The position numbers were made by a program, and so were the translations under genes. The notes beneath the pieces are model-generated. The model was not told the origin of the DNA. It did no database searches and saw nothing but the letters and a program-made list of their open reading frames with translations. A stretch of 64,000 nt of DNA from an uncultured Clostridia bacterium (lineage in GTDB: Bacteria > Bacillota > Clostridia > Christensenellales > Aristaeellaceae): positions 4,842 to 68,841 of the forward strand of contig CAKTXR010000010.1 of the NCBI GenBank assembly GCA_934631025.1. Direction: 5' to 3'. This document shows positions 18,587 through 26,523 of the stretch, one piece after another; the stretch's first letter is position 1, and each line of letters starts with the position of its first letter.

Positions 18587-18621
18587 AAGCCCCGCAGTCA
18601 TCGCGATTGCGGGGCTTTTTG
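18587..18621 (+). terminator. tRNA-Lys intrinsic terminator
   Basis: AAAGCCCCGCA...UGCGGGGCUUU is followed by UUGU. Confidence 0.8.
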
Positions 18622-18808
18622 TACGCTTCAGACTCGCAGATCAATCCATTATCCTCAAACCGCCCGCGCGCTTCATGTCCAGCCGTTTTCTCATGACGCG
18701 GAAAGCTTCCCCGCCCGGCAGTCCTCTCCCCCCGCCCTTTTCAGCGCATAATCGCCGCTCCCCGCCGCCATGAACGGCGATGAGGAGCGGCGATCTGTAT
18801 ACACGCCG

Positions 18809-20404
18809 TTATTTCAGGAACTGCTTCAGATCCTCCTCCGGCGTAGTAATGGGTGCAAGGCCGAAGTTCTCCACGAGGTAATTCAGCACATTCGGCGAAA
18901 CGAACGCCGGCAGCGTGGGGCCAAGGCGAATGTTCTTAATGCCCAGATGCAGCAGCGTCAGGAGAATGCACACCGCCTTCTGCTCATACCACGACAGCAC
19001 CATGGACAGCGGCAGGTCGTTCACGCCGCAGCCGAACGCGTCGGCGAGCACAAGCGCAATCTGAATGGCGCTGTAAGCGTCGTTGCACTGCCCCACGTCC
19101 ATCAGCCGCGGCAGACCGCCGATCGTGCCGAGATCGAGGTCGTTGAAGCGATACTTGCCGCAGGCCAGCGTCAGCACCACCGTATCGGCCGGGGTCTGCT
19201 TCACAAATTCCGTATAGTAATTGCGGCCGGGACGCGCGCCGTCACAGCCGGCGACCAGAAAGAAATGCCTGATCGCGCCCGATTTCACCGCCTCGACGAC
19301 TTTATCCGCCGCCCCCAGCACCGCGCCGCGTGCAAAGCCGGTCATGACTGTACCGCCGCCGTTGATGCCGGTGAACGCCCTGTCCTCAGGATAGCCACCC
19401 AGCTCGATCGCCTTTTCAATGACCGGCGTGAAATCCCTGTCCTCGCCGATGTGGGGCATTTCAGGATAGGAGACCGCGGCCGTTGTGAACACGCGGTCCG
19501 CATAGCTGGCCCTGGGCGGCATCAGGCAGTTGGTGGTGAACAGCACCGGCGCGGGAATATCCGCAAATTCCTTCTGCTGGTTCTGCCATGCCGTACCGAA
19601 GTTGCCCTTGAGCTGCGGATACTTTTTCAGCTCCGGATAGCCGTGGGCGGGCAGCATTTCTCCGTGAGTATAGACGTTGATCCCCCTGCCCTCGGTCTGC
19701 TCCAGCAGCCGCTTCAAATCATGCAGGTCGTGGCCGGAAATCACGATGAACGGCCCCTTTTCGACGGTCAGCGGTACGGTCGTGGGCGCGGGCGTGCCGT
19801 AGGTCTCGGTGTTCGCCCTGTCCAGAAGCGCCATGCACCTGAGGTTCTTCTCGCCCACCTCCATCACGATGGGCAGCAGCGCGTCCATATCCCAGTCGTC
19901 GCCCACGGCGAGCAGCGCCTTTGCAAAGAAGCGGTTGACCTCCTCGTCGGCATAGCCCAGCGCCATGGCGTGATGCGCATAGGCTGCCATGCCGCGCACG
20001 CCGAAGAGAATGAGCGACTTGAGACTGCGAATGTCCTCCGGCGCGTTCCAGAGCTGCGCCATATCGTAATCGCTGGTGCGTCCGCACGCGGCGGTGCAGG
20101 CGGCGCAGTTGGGCACGAGCCGCGCCTTTTCCGCGTGTACCCGATCGATCAGCGCGCGGATGGTCTTTTCGTTGAAATTCACGTTGGTGACAGTAGTAAA
20201 CAGCCCCTCGATCATCAGCCGCCATGTGAGCATATTCACGTCCGGATTGTTGTCTGCCGCCCGCGCCAGCCCGATGAGCGCGCCGGTCAGCGCATCCTGA
20301 AGCCGCGCTGCATCGGCGGTCTTGCCGCAAACGCCGGCTCTTCCCGTGCAGCCGGCACAGCCCGCCGTCTGCTCGCACTGATAACAAAACATCTTATTTT
20401 CCAT
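18809..20404 (-). CDS. hcp: hydroxylamine reductase (hybrid cluster protein)
   Basis: MFCYQCEQTAGCAGC is the N-terminal Cys cluster, and the rest is a full-length Hcp-like sequence. A GGGAGGGGG SD precedes the start. Confidence 0.95.
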   Translation of the reverse strand: MENKMFCYQCEQTAGCAGCTGRAGVCGKTADAARLQDALTGALIGLARAADNNPDVNMLTWRLMIEGLFTTVTNVNFNEKTIRALIDRVHAEKARLVPNCAACTAACGRTSDYDMAQLWNAPEDIRSLKSLILFGVRGMAAYAHHAMALGYADEEVNRFFAKALLAVGDDWDMDALLPIVMEVGEKNLRCMALLDRANTETYGTPAPTTVPLTVEKGPFIVISGHDLHDLKRLLEQTEGRGINVYTHGEMLPAHGYPELKKYPQLKGNFGTAWQNQQKEFADIPAPVLFTTNCLMPPRASYADRVFTTAAVSYPEMPHIGEDRDFTPVIEKAIELGGYPEDRAFTGINGGGTVMTGFARGAVLGAADKVVEAVKSGAIRHFFLVAGCDGARPGRNYYTEFVKQTPADTVVLTLACGKYRFNDLDLGTIGGLPRLMDVGQCNDAYSAIQIALVLADAFGCGVNDLPLSMVLSWYEQKAVCILLTLLHLGIKNIRLGPTLPAFVSPNVLNYLVENFGLAPITTPEEDLKQFLK

Positions 20405-20431
20405 TAGAAGCCCCCTCCCGCCCGCTCAAAT

Positions 20432-21154
20432 TCAGTCGAGTATTCTGCCGTCGGTGGAAATCGTTACGACCTGCCACGGAATGAATTTCCCGCTCCGCTG
20501 CAAGGCCGTTTTCGCCGCGTGCTCCAGCCCACCGCAGCAGGGAACCTCCATGCGGACGACGGTGACGCTCTTAATGTCGTTATTTCGGATGATCTCGGTG
20601 AGCTTCTCCGAATAGTCCACGCCGTCCAGCTTCGGACAGCCCACGAGGGTGATATGCCCCCTGATGAACCGCTCGTGGAAGGCGGCGTAGGCGTAGGCCG
20701 TGCAGTCGGCGGCGATCAGCAGCTTCGCCCCGTCAAAGTACGGCGCGTTCACCGGCACGAGCCTGATCTGCACCGGCCACTGTGCCAGCCGGCTGACCGG
20801 CTCCGCATGAGAAACCGCCGCGCCGGCGCATTCCGCGTGCTCGATCTTTTTCGACTGCGTGCCCGGGCAGCCGCAGGGCAGCGTCATGCCCTCTTTTCGC
20901 ATCTTTTCCTGCATCTTTTTGCGCCTGTTGTCCATGGCGGCCTTCTCGTCATAGGCGACCGCCTCGCGTTCCACAAAGGAAATCGCGCCGGTCGGGCAGG
21001 CAGGCAGACAGTCGCCCAGTCCGTCGCAGTAGTCGTCGCGCATCAGCTGCGCCTTGCCGTCCACCATCGCGATCGCGCCCTCGTGGCAGGCCGCGGCGCA
21101 GGCTCCGCAGCCGTTGCATTTATTTCGATCGATTTCAATAATCCGTCTCTTCAT
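20432..21154 (-). CDS. 4Fe-4S dicluster domain-containing protein
   Basis: Two ferredoxin motifs are present: CNGCGACAAACHEGA and CDGLGDCLPACPTGA. It is co-transcribed with hcp. An AAGGAGGGG SD precedes the start. Confidence 0.8.
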   Translation of the reverse strand: MKRRIIEIDRNKCNGCGACAAACHEGAIAMVDGKAQLMRDDYCDGLGDCLPACPTGAISFVEREAVAYDEKAAMDNRRKKMQEKMRKEGMTLPCGCPGTQSKKIEHAECAGAAVSHAEPVSRLAQWPVQIRLVPVNAPYFDGAKLLIAADCTAYAYAAFHERFIRGHITLVGCPKLDGVDYSEKLTEIIRNNDIKSVTVVRMEVPCCGGLEHAAKTALQRSGKFIPWQVVTISTDGRILD

Positions 21155-21167
21155 TGAAGTCCCCTCC

Positions 21168-21196
21168 TTGCTTATCTGCGCTCATTATAGTATAAT
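21168..21196 (+). promoter_or_regulatory. sigma-A promoter of the Crp/Fnr-family gene
   Basis: TTGCTT (21168-21173), a 17-nt spacer, then TATAAT (21191-21196). Confidence 0.5.
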
Positions 21197-21200
21197 GGAG

Positions 21201-21225
21201 TCAACAAGTCTGTTGAATTTTCAAC
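21201..21225. promoter_or_regulatory. candidate Crp/Fnr (HcpR-like) operator: TCAAC-N6-GTTGA-N4-TCAAC
   Basis: Interlocking inverted repeats lie in the 86-nt divergent hcp-operon / regulator spacer. Confidence 0.45.
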
Positions 21226-21240
21226 GCATCGAGGTTTTTT

Positions 21241-21903
21241 ATGAACAATTTTCTGTCCGTCATCCGCTCCGCACCGCTCTTTTCGGGCGTTTCCGAGGAC
21301 GAGCTGACCGCCATGCTCGCCTGTCTCAATGCCGAAACGAGGGACTTTCCCAAGGACGCCTTCATACTGCGCGCCGGCGATACGGCCGAATCGATCGGCC
21401 TTGTGTTGTCGGGCAGCGTGCTGGTCATACAGGAGGACGTCTGGGGCAACCGCAACATCCTCTCCAAGGCGGGGCCGGGGCAGACCTTCGCCGCCGCGTT
21501 TGCCTGCGCGTCCGGCGCGGCGCTGAACGTGAGCGTGATCGCCGAAACGCCCGCCGCCGCGCTGTTTTTGAACGTGAAGCGCATACTGACCGTGTGCCCC
21601 TCCGCCTGCGCGCATCACAGCCGGATCATCCGCAATCTGCTGGGCGAGCTGGCCGAGAAGAACCTGCGCTTCAGCGAAAAGCTCACGCACATGGGCCAGC
21701 GCACCACGCGCGCGAAGCTGATGTCCTATCTCTCCGCCGAAGCGCAGCGGCTGGGGAAATACGAATTCGACGTTCCCTTTTCGCGGCAGCAGCTGGCGGA
21801 TTATCTCGCGGTGGAGCGCAGCGGATTGTCGCTGGAGCTGGGGAAAATGCGCGGCGAGGGGCTTATCGATTTCCACAAGAGCCATTTTGTTTTGAAGGTG
21901 TAA
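21241..21903 (+). CDS. Crp/Fnr family transcriptional regulator (HcpR-like by context)
   Basis: It has a cNMP-binding-like N-terminus (PLFSGVSEDEL...ILRAGD) and a C-terminal HTH (SRQQLADYLAVERSGLSLELGKM). It is divergent from hcp. Confidence 0.88.
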   Translation: MNNFLSVIRSAPLFSGVSEDELTAMLACLNAETRDFPKDAFILRAGDTAESIGLVLSGSVLVIQEDVWGNRNILSKAGPGQTFAAAFACASGAALNVSVIAETPAAALFLNVKRILTVCPSACAHHSRIIRNLLGELAEKNLRFSEKLTHMGQRTTRAKLMSYLSAEAQRLGKYEFDVPFSRQQLADYLAVERSGLSLELGKMRGEGLIDFHKSHFVLKV

Positions 21904-21985
21904 GGCGCTACATCTGCCGTTATCTGATAGCGCCCTATAAAAATGTACAAAAAAAGAAAGGCGCCGCAATCAGCGCATCGTTGAG

Positions 21986-22069
21986 ATGACACTGATCACG
22001 GCGATCATCAGCTTGGTCACTGCATTGATTAACATGCTGGCCGCATTAATCGATCGGATGACCAGATGA
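21986..22069 (+). CDS. candidate 27-aa hydrophobic peptide (not in the ORF track)
   Basis: ATG..TGA encodes MTLITAIISLVTALINMLAALIDRMTR. The SD is weak (GAG adjacent to the ATG). A GGGAGGGGC/GCCCCTTCCC hairpin follows at 22071-22096. Confidence 0.25.
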   Translation: MTLITAIISLVTALINMLAALIDRMTR

Positions 22070-22143
22070 TGGGAGGGGCTTTAAGCCCCTTCCCCCTTTC
22101 AAAATTATAGCGTTGCCCGCTGTCGTTGTCAATGGAAACTTTT

Positions 22144-22230
22144 ATGCTGATCGTCCAAATCGTCAATGTTGTCAGCTCGCTCGCTCTTGTCATTATGCTG
22201 GCACGTATTCGCAAGGAGATGAAGAAGTAA
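22144..22230 (+). CDS. candidate 28-aa hydrophobic peptide with basic tail (not in the ORF track)
   Basis: It encodes MLIVQIVNVVSSLALVIMLARIRKEMKK. Its TAA overlaps the ATG of the next gene (TAATG). The SD is weak. Confidence 0.3.
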   Translation: MLIVQIVNVVSSLALVIMLARIRKEMKK

Positions 22231-22424
22231 TGATCTTGCACAAGGTATCCCGCAAAGGCTGCCGCATCACCGCGTACACCGTAACGATCGGCTCTGCCGA
22301 AGCCCGCAAGGCCGGCTTTCTCAACGAAAACGGCACCTCAAAAGAGCTTGAAAAGCTCGTCGACGAAAAGGCCGGAACCATCACAATCCGCGTCGCGCGC
22401 CCTGCCGAAGAGCAATCCGAATAA
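22230..22424 (+). CDS. small AbrB/MazE/SpoVT-like protein (64 aa)
   Basis: An AAGGAG SD lies 9 nt upstream of the ATG. TVTIGSAEARKAGF...GTITIRV resembles the swapped-hairpin AbrB motif (..vtIPkeir..lgl...g..v.i.). The track ORF 22113.. is an upstream extension. Confidence 0.5.
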   Translation: MILHKVSRKGCRITAYTVTIGSAEARKAGFLNENGTSKELEKLVDEKAGTITIRVARPAEEQSE

Positions 22425-22428
22425 CCCC

Positions 22429-22456
22429 AAGGCCGGTTTCTGTACCGGCCTTTTTC
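22429..22456 (+). terminator. intrinsic terminator
   Basis: AAGGCCGGU-UUCUGU-ACCGGCCUU is followed by UUUCC. Confidence 0.75.
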
Positions 22457-22470
22457 CTTGCCGCCCCGCC

Positions 22471-22499
22471 TTGACAGACGCGGGACGCGCGGCTATAAT
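22471..22499 (+). promoter_or_regulatory. consensus sigma-A promoter of the thiamine pyrophosphokinase gene
   Basis: TTGACA (22471-22476), a 17-nt spacer, then TATAAT (22494-22499). Confidence 0.65.
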
Positions 22500-22536
22500 G
22501 GAACCATTCATTCCGCAAAAGGAGATTGCTTTTTCA

Positions 22537-23175
22537 ATGAAACCGGTCTGCATCATCGCCGGAGCGGGCGATTTTTATGAGGACGCGCCCATCGCGCCGC
22601 GCGCGGAGGATTTCGTCATCGCCGCCGACGCGGGCTATACGGCGCTCTGTCAGCGGGGCGTGCGCGTCGACGAGGTCATCGGCGATTTCGATTCCATGGG
22701 CCACGCGCCCGATCACCCGAACGTCTATCGCCTGCCCGTCGAAAAGGACGACACCGATATGCTGTTCGCGCTGCGCGTGGGGCTGAAGCGCGGCTACAGG
22801 GAGTTTCACCTCTACGGCGGCGTGGGCGGCCGACTCGACCACACGCTGGCCAATCTGCAATGCCTCGCCTGGCTGGCGCGCCAGGGCTGCCGCGGCTATC
22901 TCTACGGCGACGGGTGCGTCCTGAGCGCCATCTTCAATGAGACCATTCGCTTCATGCCGCTCAAAGACGGCATATTCTCGCTCTTCGCGCACGGCGGCAC
23001 GGCGCACGGCGTGACGATCAGGGGGCTTAAATACACGCTGGACGGCGCGGACGTGGGCTGCGATTTCCCCATCGGCGTGAGCAACGCCTTTATCGGACAG
23101 CCCGCCGAGGTATCCGTGCGCGACGGACTGCTGATCGTCTCCTTCCCCTATGGCGCGCTCAGAGACGATGGCTGA
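22537..23175 (+). CDS. thiN: thiamine diphosphokinase
   Basis: VIGDFDS...EKDDTD...GGVGGRLDHTLAN are TPK motifs. An AAAGGAGA SD precedes the start. Confidence 0.88.
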   Translation: MKPVCIIAGAGDFYEDAPIAPRAEDFVIAADAGYTALCQRGVRVDEVIGDFDSMGHAPDHPNVYRLPVEKDDTDMLFALRVGLKRGYREFHLYGGVGGRLDHTLANLQCLAWLARQGCRGYLYGDGCVLSAIFNETIRFMPLKDGIFSLFAHGGTAHGVTIRGLKYTLDGADVGCDFPIGVSNAFIGQPAEVSVRDGLLIVSFPYGALRDDG

Positions 23176-23818
23176 TCCGCTGCGCCGTCTGAACGCCGTT
23201 CGAGCGCCCGGAGCGCCGCTGCCGCTCGGGACGCGCATTGTCTGCACGCTGCTCGTTCTGCTCCTCGGCGCGGGCATGGGCGCTGTGGCCAAGGCGCTGG
23301 ACTGCACGCCGTCGAACGCGCTGCCCTTCCTGCTTCAGCGGCTCGATCTGCGCAACGTGTTCAGCCGCGCCGGCATATGGGCGCTGATCGGGCTGGGGCT
23401 GTCGGTTTACGCGCCCTCGCCCCGCCGCGCCGCGTTCAATGTGTTCGCCTTTTTCGCGGGCATGACGGCGGCCTACTATCTCTATTCCGCGCTGATCGCC
23501 GGCTTTTTTCCCGCGCGCTACGCCATGATCTGGTTCGGCCTGACGCTGCTCTCCCCGATTCCCGCCGTCCTCTGCTGGTATGCCGCAGGGCGGGGACGGA
23601 TCGCGCTCGCGCTCTCGACGCTTATCGTCGCGGCGCTGTTCGACATGACGTTTTCATTCGGCTGGTTCTATGTGGACGCGGTTTCGCCGGTTGAGGCGGC
23701 TGTTTTCATCGCCGCGCTGGTCGTGCTGCGCAGAAGGCCCGCCGAAATGCTGATCATGACGCTCAGCGGCTGCGCGCTGGCCTTTGTGATTGCGCCGCTG
23801 CTGCCCTTCAGGCTCTGA
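23168..23818 (+). CDS. hypothetical integral membrane protein (~6 TM helices)
   Basis: Hydrophobic helices run throughout. I chose ATG 23168 because it overlaps the thiN stop (ATGGCTGA). I recognise no family. Confidence 0.6.
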   Translation: MADPLRRLNAVRAPGAPLPLGTRIVCTLLVLLLGAGMGAVAKALDCTPSNALPFLLQRLDLRNVFSRAGIWALIGLGLSVYAPSPRRAAFNVFAFFAGMTAAYYLYSALIAGFFPARYAMIWFGLTLLSPIPAVLCWYAAGRGRIALALSTLIVAALFDMTFSFGWFYVDAVSPVEAAVFIAALVVLRRRPAEMLIMTLSGCALAFVIAPLLPFRL

Positions 23819-23913
23819 CGATCGCATTCTGCGCTTCGCAGTTACCCCGTCTGAGGATTTGCGTGCTGGCATTCCCATTGAACGGAAGCCTGTCAGCGCC
23901 CGCCCTCATGACA

Positions 23914-23955
23914 AAAACGGACGCTCCTCTCATTGCGAGAAGGAGCGTCCGTTTT
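23914..23955. terminator. bidirectional intrinsic terminator
   Basis: AAAACGGACGCUCCU...AGGAGCGUCCGUUUU forms a 15-bp stem between convergent genes. Confidence 0.8.
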
Positions 23956-23973
23956 CATTTATACTATACGATA

Positions 23974-26517
23974 TTACTTTTTGCGCCAGAGCGTGACGCG
24001 GCCGCCCAGTCCGGGCCGGTTCATCGCGACGAACGTCGAGAACGCATCGCGCTGCCTGCGCGCCAGCGTCGTGGAGACGACGATTTCGAGCGTGTTGCCG
24101 CCCTTTCTGCCCAGCCCGCTCAGATCGAAGCGGTAGGGCGGGCAGATGCGATGCCCCGCGCACTGGCCGTTCAGATACACCTGCGCCGAATCGCCCACCT
24201 CGTCCAGCTCGAGCGCGGCGGCGTTTTCGAGATCGTCAAGCCGCGCCGTATAGCGGATGCGCCCGGCGAAATCCCAGATATCCTTTTCGACCGTACGCAG
24301 CGGACTGTTCTCGGCCAGCAGCGCATAGCGCGTCATATCGGTGCAGTCGGCGGTTTCGATCGTCCAGAGCATCTCGAGCGCTTCCGGCTCGAGCGCCGGT
24401 TCCGCCGGAGACTGCGCCGCGTCCGCGCCGTCAAAGACCAGCACGACCGACTCGTACGGCGCGAGCGACACGGCCGCACGGCCGTCCTCCGCCGTCAGGC
24501 TGCGGGCCTTTCCGCCCTGCCAGTCGAGCAGCGTATACGCGCCGCGCACCGGCAGATGCACGACCGTCTCGGCGCGGCGGTCGGTGGCCTCGTTAAAGAA
24601 CATGAACAAATGGCTGCCGTCTGCCTTTTCCTGGTGCATATAGCGCAGCAGCGTGCAGGGCGTTTCGAGCGTAATATCGGCCTTTCCGCGCGCGATCAGC
24701 TCGCCGGCAAGACGTTCAAGCGGCACGACCTCCACCGGCGCGTTCTCCGTCGCGCGATCGACCTCGATGACCGTAACGCCGTGCTCCCTGAGCACCTCAA
24801 GGCCGTCCAGCACGAACTGCGGCAGATACTCGGCGTACGGCACGACCAGCGCGTCGTAGGCGGCGCTGCCCGCCAGCCAGCGCCCGTTCTCGAACACGGC
24901 GGTTTTCAGCTCGTCGGCCGGCACGATGTCGAAATCCAGCTGATGATCGAGCAGCTCGACCGCCGGCCAGTCATCCAGCATACATTCCCTGCCCGACCAC
25001 TCGCCCTCGGCGTGATAGAGCAGCGCGATGCGCGCCACGCGGTTGCCGTCTAAAAGCGTGCTCATGGCGTTGGTGTAGCGCATCAGCTTTGCAAAAGCTT
25101 CGAACTGCGGGTTTTCGCCGTCCGCGTCGAAATGCGGCGGGCAGTCCGGATTGGGATAAATCGGCGAGAAGGCGTGCGGCACGAACCAGTTCACGCCGCG
25201 CACCAGCAGGTAATCGATCAGCCACTTCATCATGGCCGAATCCTCCGCCCAGCCGTACGCGCCGAACACCTCGCACATGGCGCGGTTGTTCATATGCGGC
25301 CGGATGTGCGCCAGCGACGGCGCAAGCTTGCCCAGCACATACTGGAAGAACGCCGGATCGGCGCGATGCCCCGCGCAGATGGCCGAGCTGACGTGATGCG
25401 CAAAGCCGGGCATGACCTGATGCAGCACGATGTCTATGCCGGCCATGTCCTGCCCCTCGAGCGCGCGGAAGTAGTGCCCCGCCGAGCAGCCCAGACGGGC
25501 GTGCGCGTTCTGATCCTCGATGATGTGGCCGATGTACATAACGCCGTGCGCGCGGCACCAGTCGCCCACGCGCTTTGTGAAGCGCTGGCCGTAGAGCGTC
25601 GACACAACGTCCATATACGCTTCGCGCAGCTCGACGCTGCCCTCGCCCTCATACCAGAGGAGCGGCAGAATGTCGGTCACGTCGCGTCCCATCTTGGCGG
25701 CGAGCCGGTCGAACATGTCGGCGCACCAGGGCATGGCCAGGCCGGGCTGGCCGGGCTTCGAATCGTAAAAGCCGCGGCTGGGCATGGAGCCGAATACGTT
25801 GGCGTTGCCGATGCACGGCTCGTCCGAGAAGAAGCCCACCAGCTCCCTGCCGAAATACTCGCCGACATGGCTGTAATGCGCTTCGTAGACCGCCTCGATG
25901 AGCACGTCCACGGAGGACGCGTCCAGCATATTGATGTAAGGCGTTTTCGGCCCCCACGCGCCGGCGTGCGTCAGCCAGAGCGAGAACACGCGCCAGCAGC
26001 CCTCGGGCAGATCGCAGGACACGAAATGTCCGCTCTCATCGACCTTGAGCAGTATGCGCGCGCTCATGTCCAGCGCCTCGTCATAGCCGCTGCGTTTGAC
26101 GGCATAGGCCGCGACGAAGCGATCCTCGGGCGTGAAGCCCTTGATCAGCACGTCCGCGCGGCGCGGGCCGATCACGTCGGTGTGCTGCTCGGCCAGATGC
26201 AGCCGCCGCTTTTCGGGATATTTCTTCTCGACCATGCCCACGGCCATGCCGGTGGGAAAGTGCTTGTCGTCGAGAATCCACACCTTCATATTCAGCGCGC
26301 GGGCCTCGGCCAGCACCTTTTTGAGCGTTTCCCACCATGTCTCGCCGCAGAAGTCCTCGAATGTGCGCGATTCCAGGCACATGGCGCTCACGCCGCAGTC
26401 GTGGATGCGGTGGATCTGCCGCTTCGTCTTTTCCCAGTCCTCGCCCATCATCCAGAGAAAGGGCAGGATGTGATTTTCGCTTTCGCCTTTTATGATGTTG
26501 TCAAGCCATTTCTGCAT
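23974..26517 (-). CDS. putative glycoside hydrolase, family unassigned (TIM-barrel-like N-terminus plus galactose-binding/jelly-roll-like C-terminus)
   Basis: An 847-aa protein. VWILDDKHFPTG and GHIIEDQNAHARLG...GIDIVLHQVMPG blocks are present. The C-terminal VYLNGQCAGHRICPPYRFDLSGL resembles glycosidase sugar-binding domains. It is adjacent to a GH39-like gene. Confidence 0.65.
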   Translation of the reverse strand: MQKWLDNIIKGESENHILPFLWMMGEDWEKTKRQIHRIHDCGVSAMCLESRTFEDFCGETWWETLKKVLAEARALNMKVWILDDKHFPTGMAVGMVEKKYPEKRRLHLAEQHTDVIGPRRADVLIKGFTPEDRFVAAYAVKRSGYDEALDMSARILLKVDESGHFVSCDLPEGCWRVFSLWLTHAGAWGPKTPYINMLDASSVDVLIEAVYEAHYSHVGEYFGRELVGFFSDEPCIGNANVFGSMPSRGFYDSKPGQPGLAMPWCADMFDRLAAKMGRDVTDILPLLWYEGEGSVELREAYMDVVSTLYGQRFTKRVGDWCRAHGVMYIGHIIEDQNAHARLGCSAGHYFRALEGQDMAGIDIVLHQVMPGFAHHVSSAICAGHRADPAFFQYVLGKLAPSLAHIRPHMNNRAMCEVFGAYGWAEDSAMMKWLIDYLLVRGVNWFVPHAFSPIYPNPDCPPHFDADGENPQFEAFAKLMRYTNAMSTLLDGNRVARIALLYHAEGEWSGRECMLDDWPAVELLDHQLDFDIVPADELKTAVFENGRWLAGSAAYDALVVPYAEYLPQFVLDGLEVLREHGVTVIEVDRATENAPVEVVPLERLAGELIARGKADITLETPCTLLRYMHQEKADGSHLFMFFNEATDRRAETVVHLPVRGAYTLLDWQGGKARSLTAEDGRAAVSLAPYESVVLVFDGADAAQSPAEPALEPEALEMLWTIETADCTDMTRYALLAENSPLRTVEKDIWDFAGRIRYTARLDDLENAAALELDEVGDSAQVYLNGQCAGHRICPPYRFDLSGLGRKGGNTLEIVVSTTLARRQRDAFSTFVAMNRPGLGGRVTLWRKK

Positions 26518-26523
26518 ATCTCT

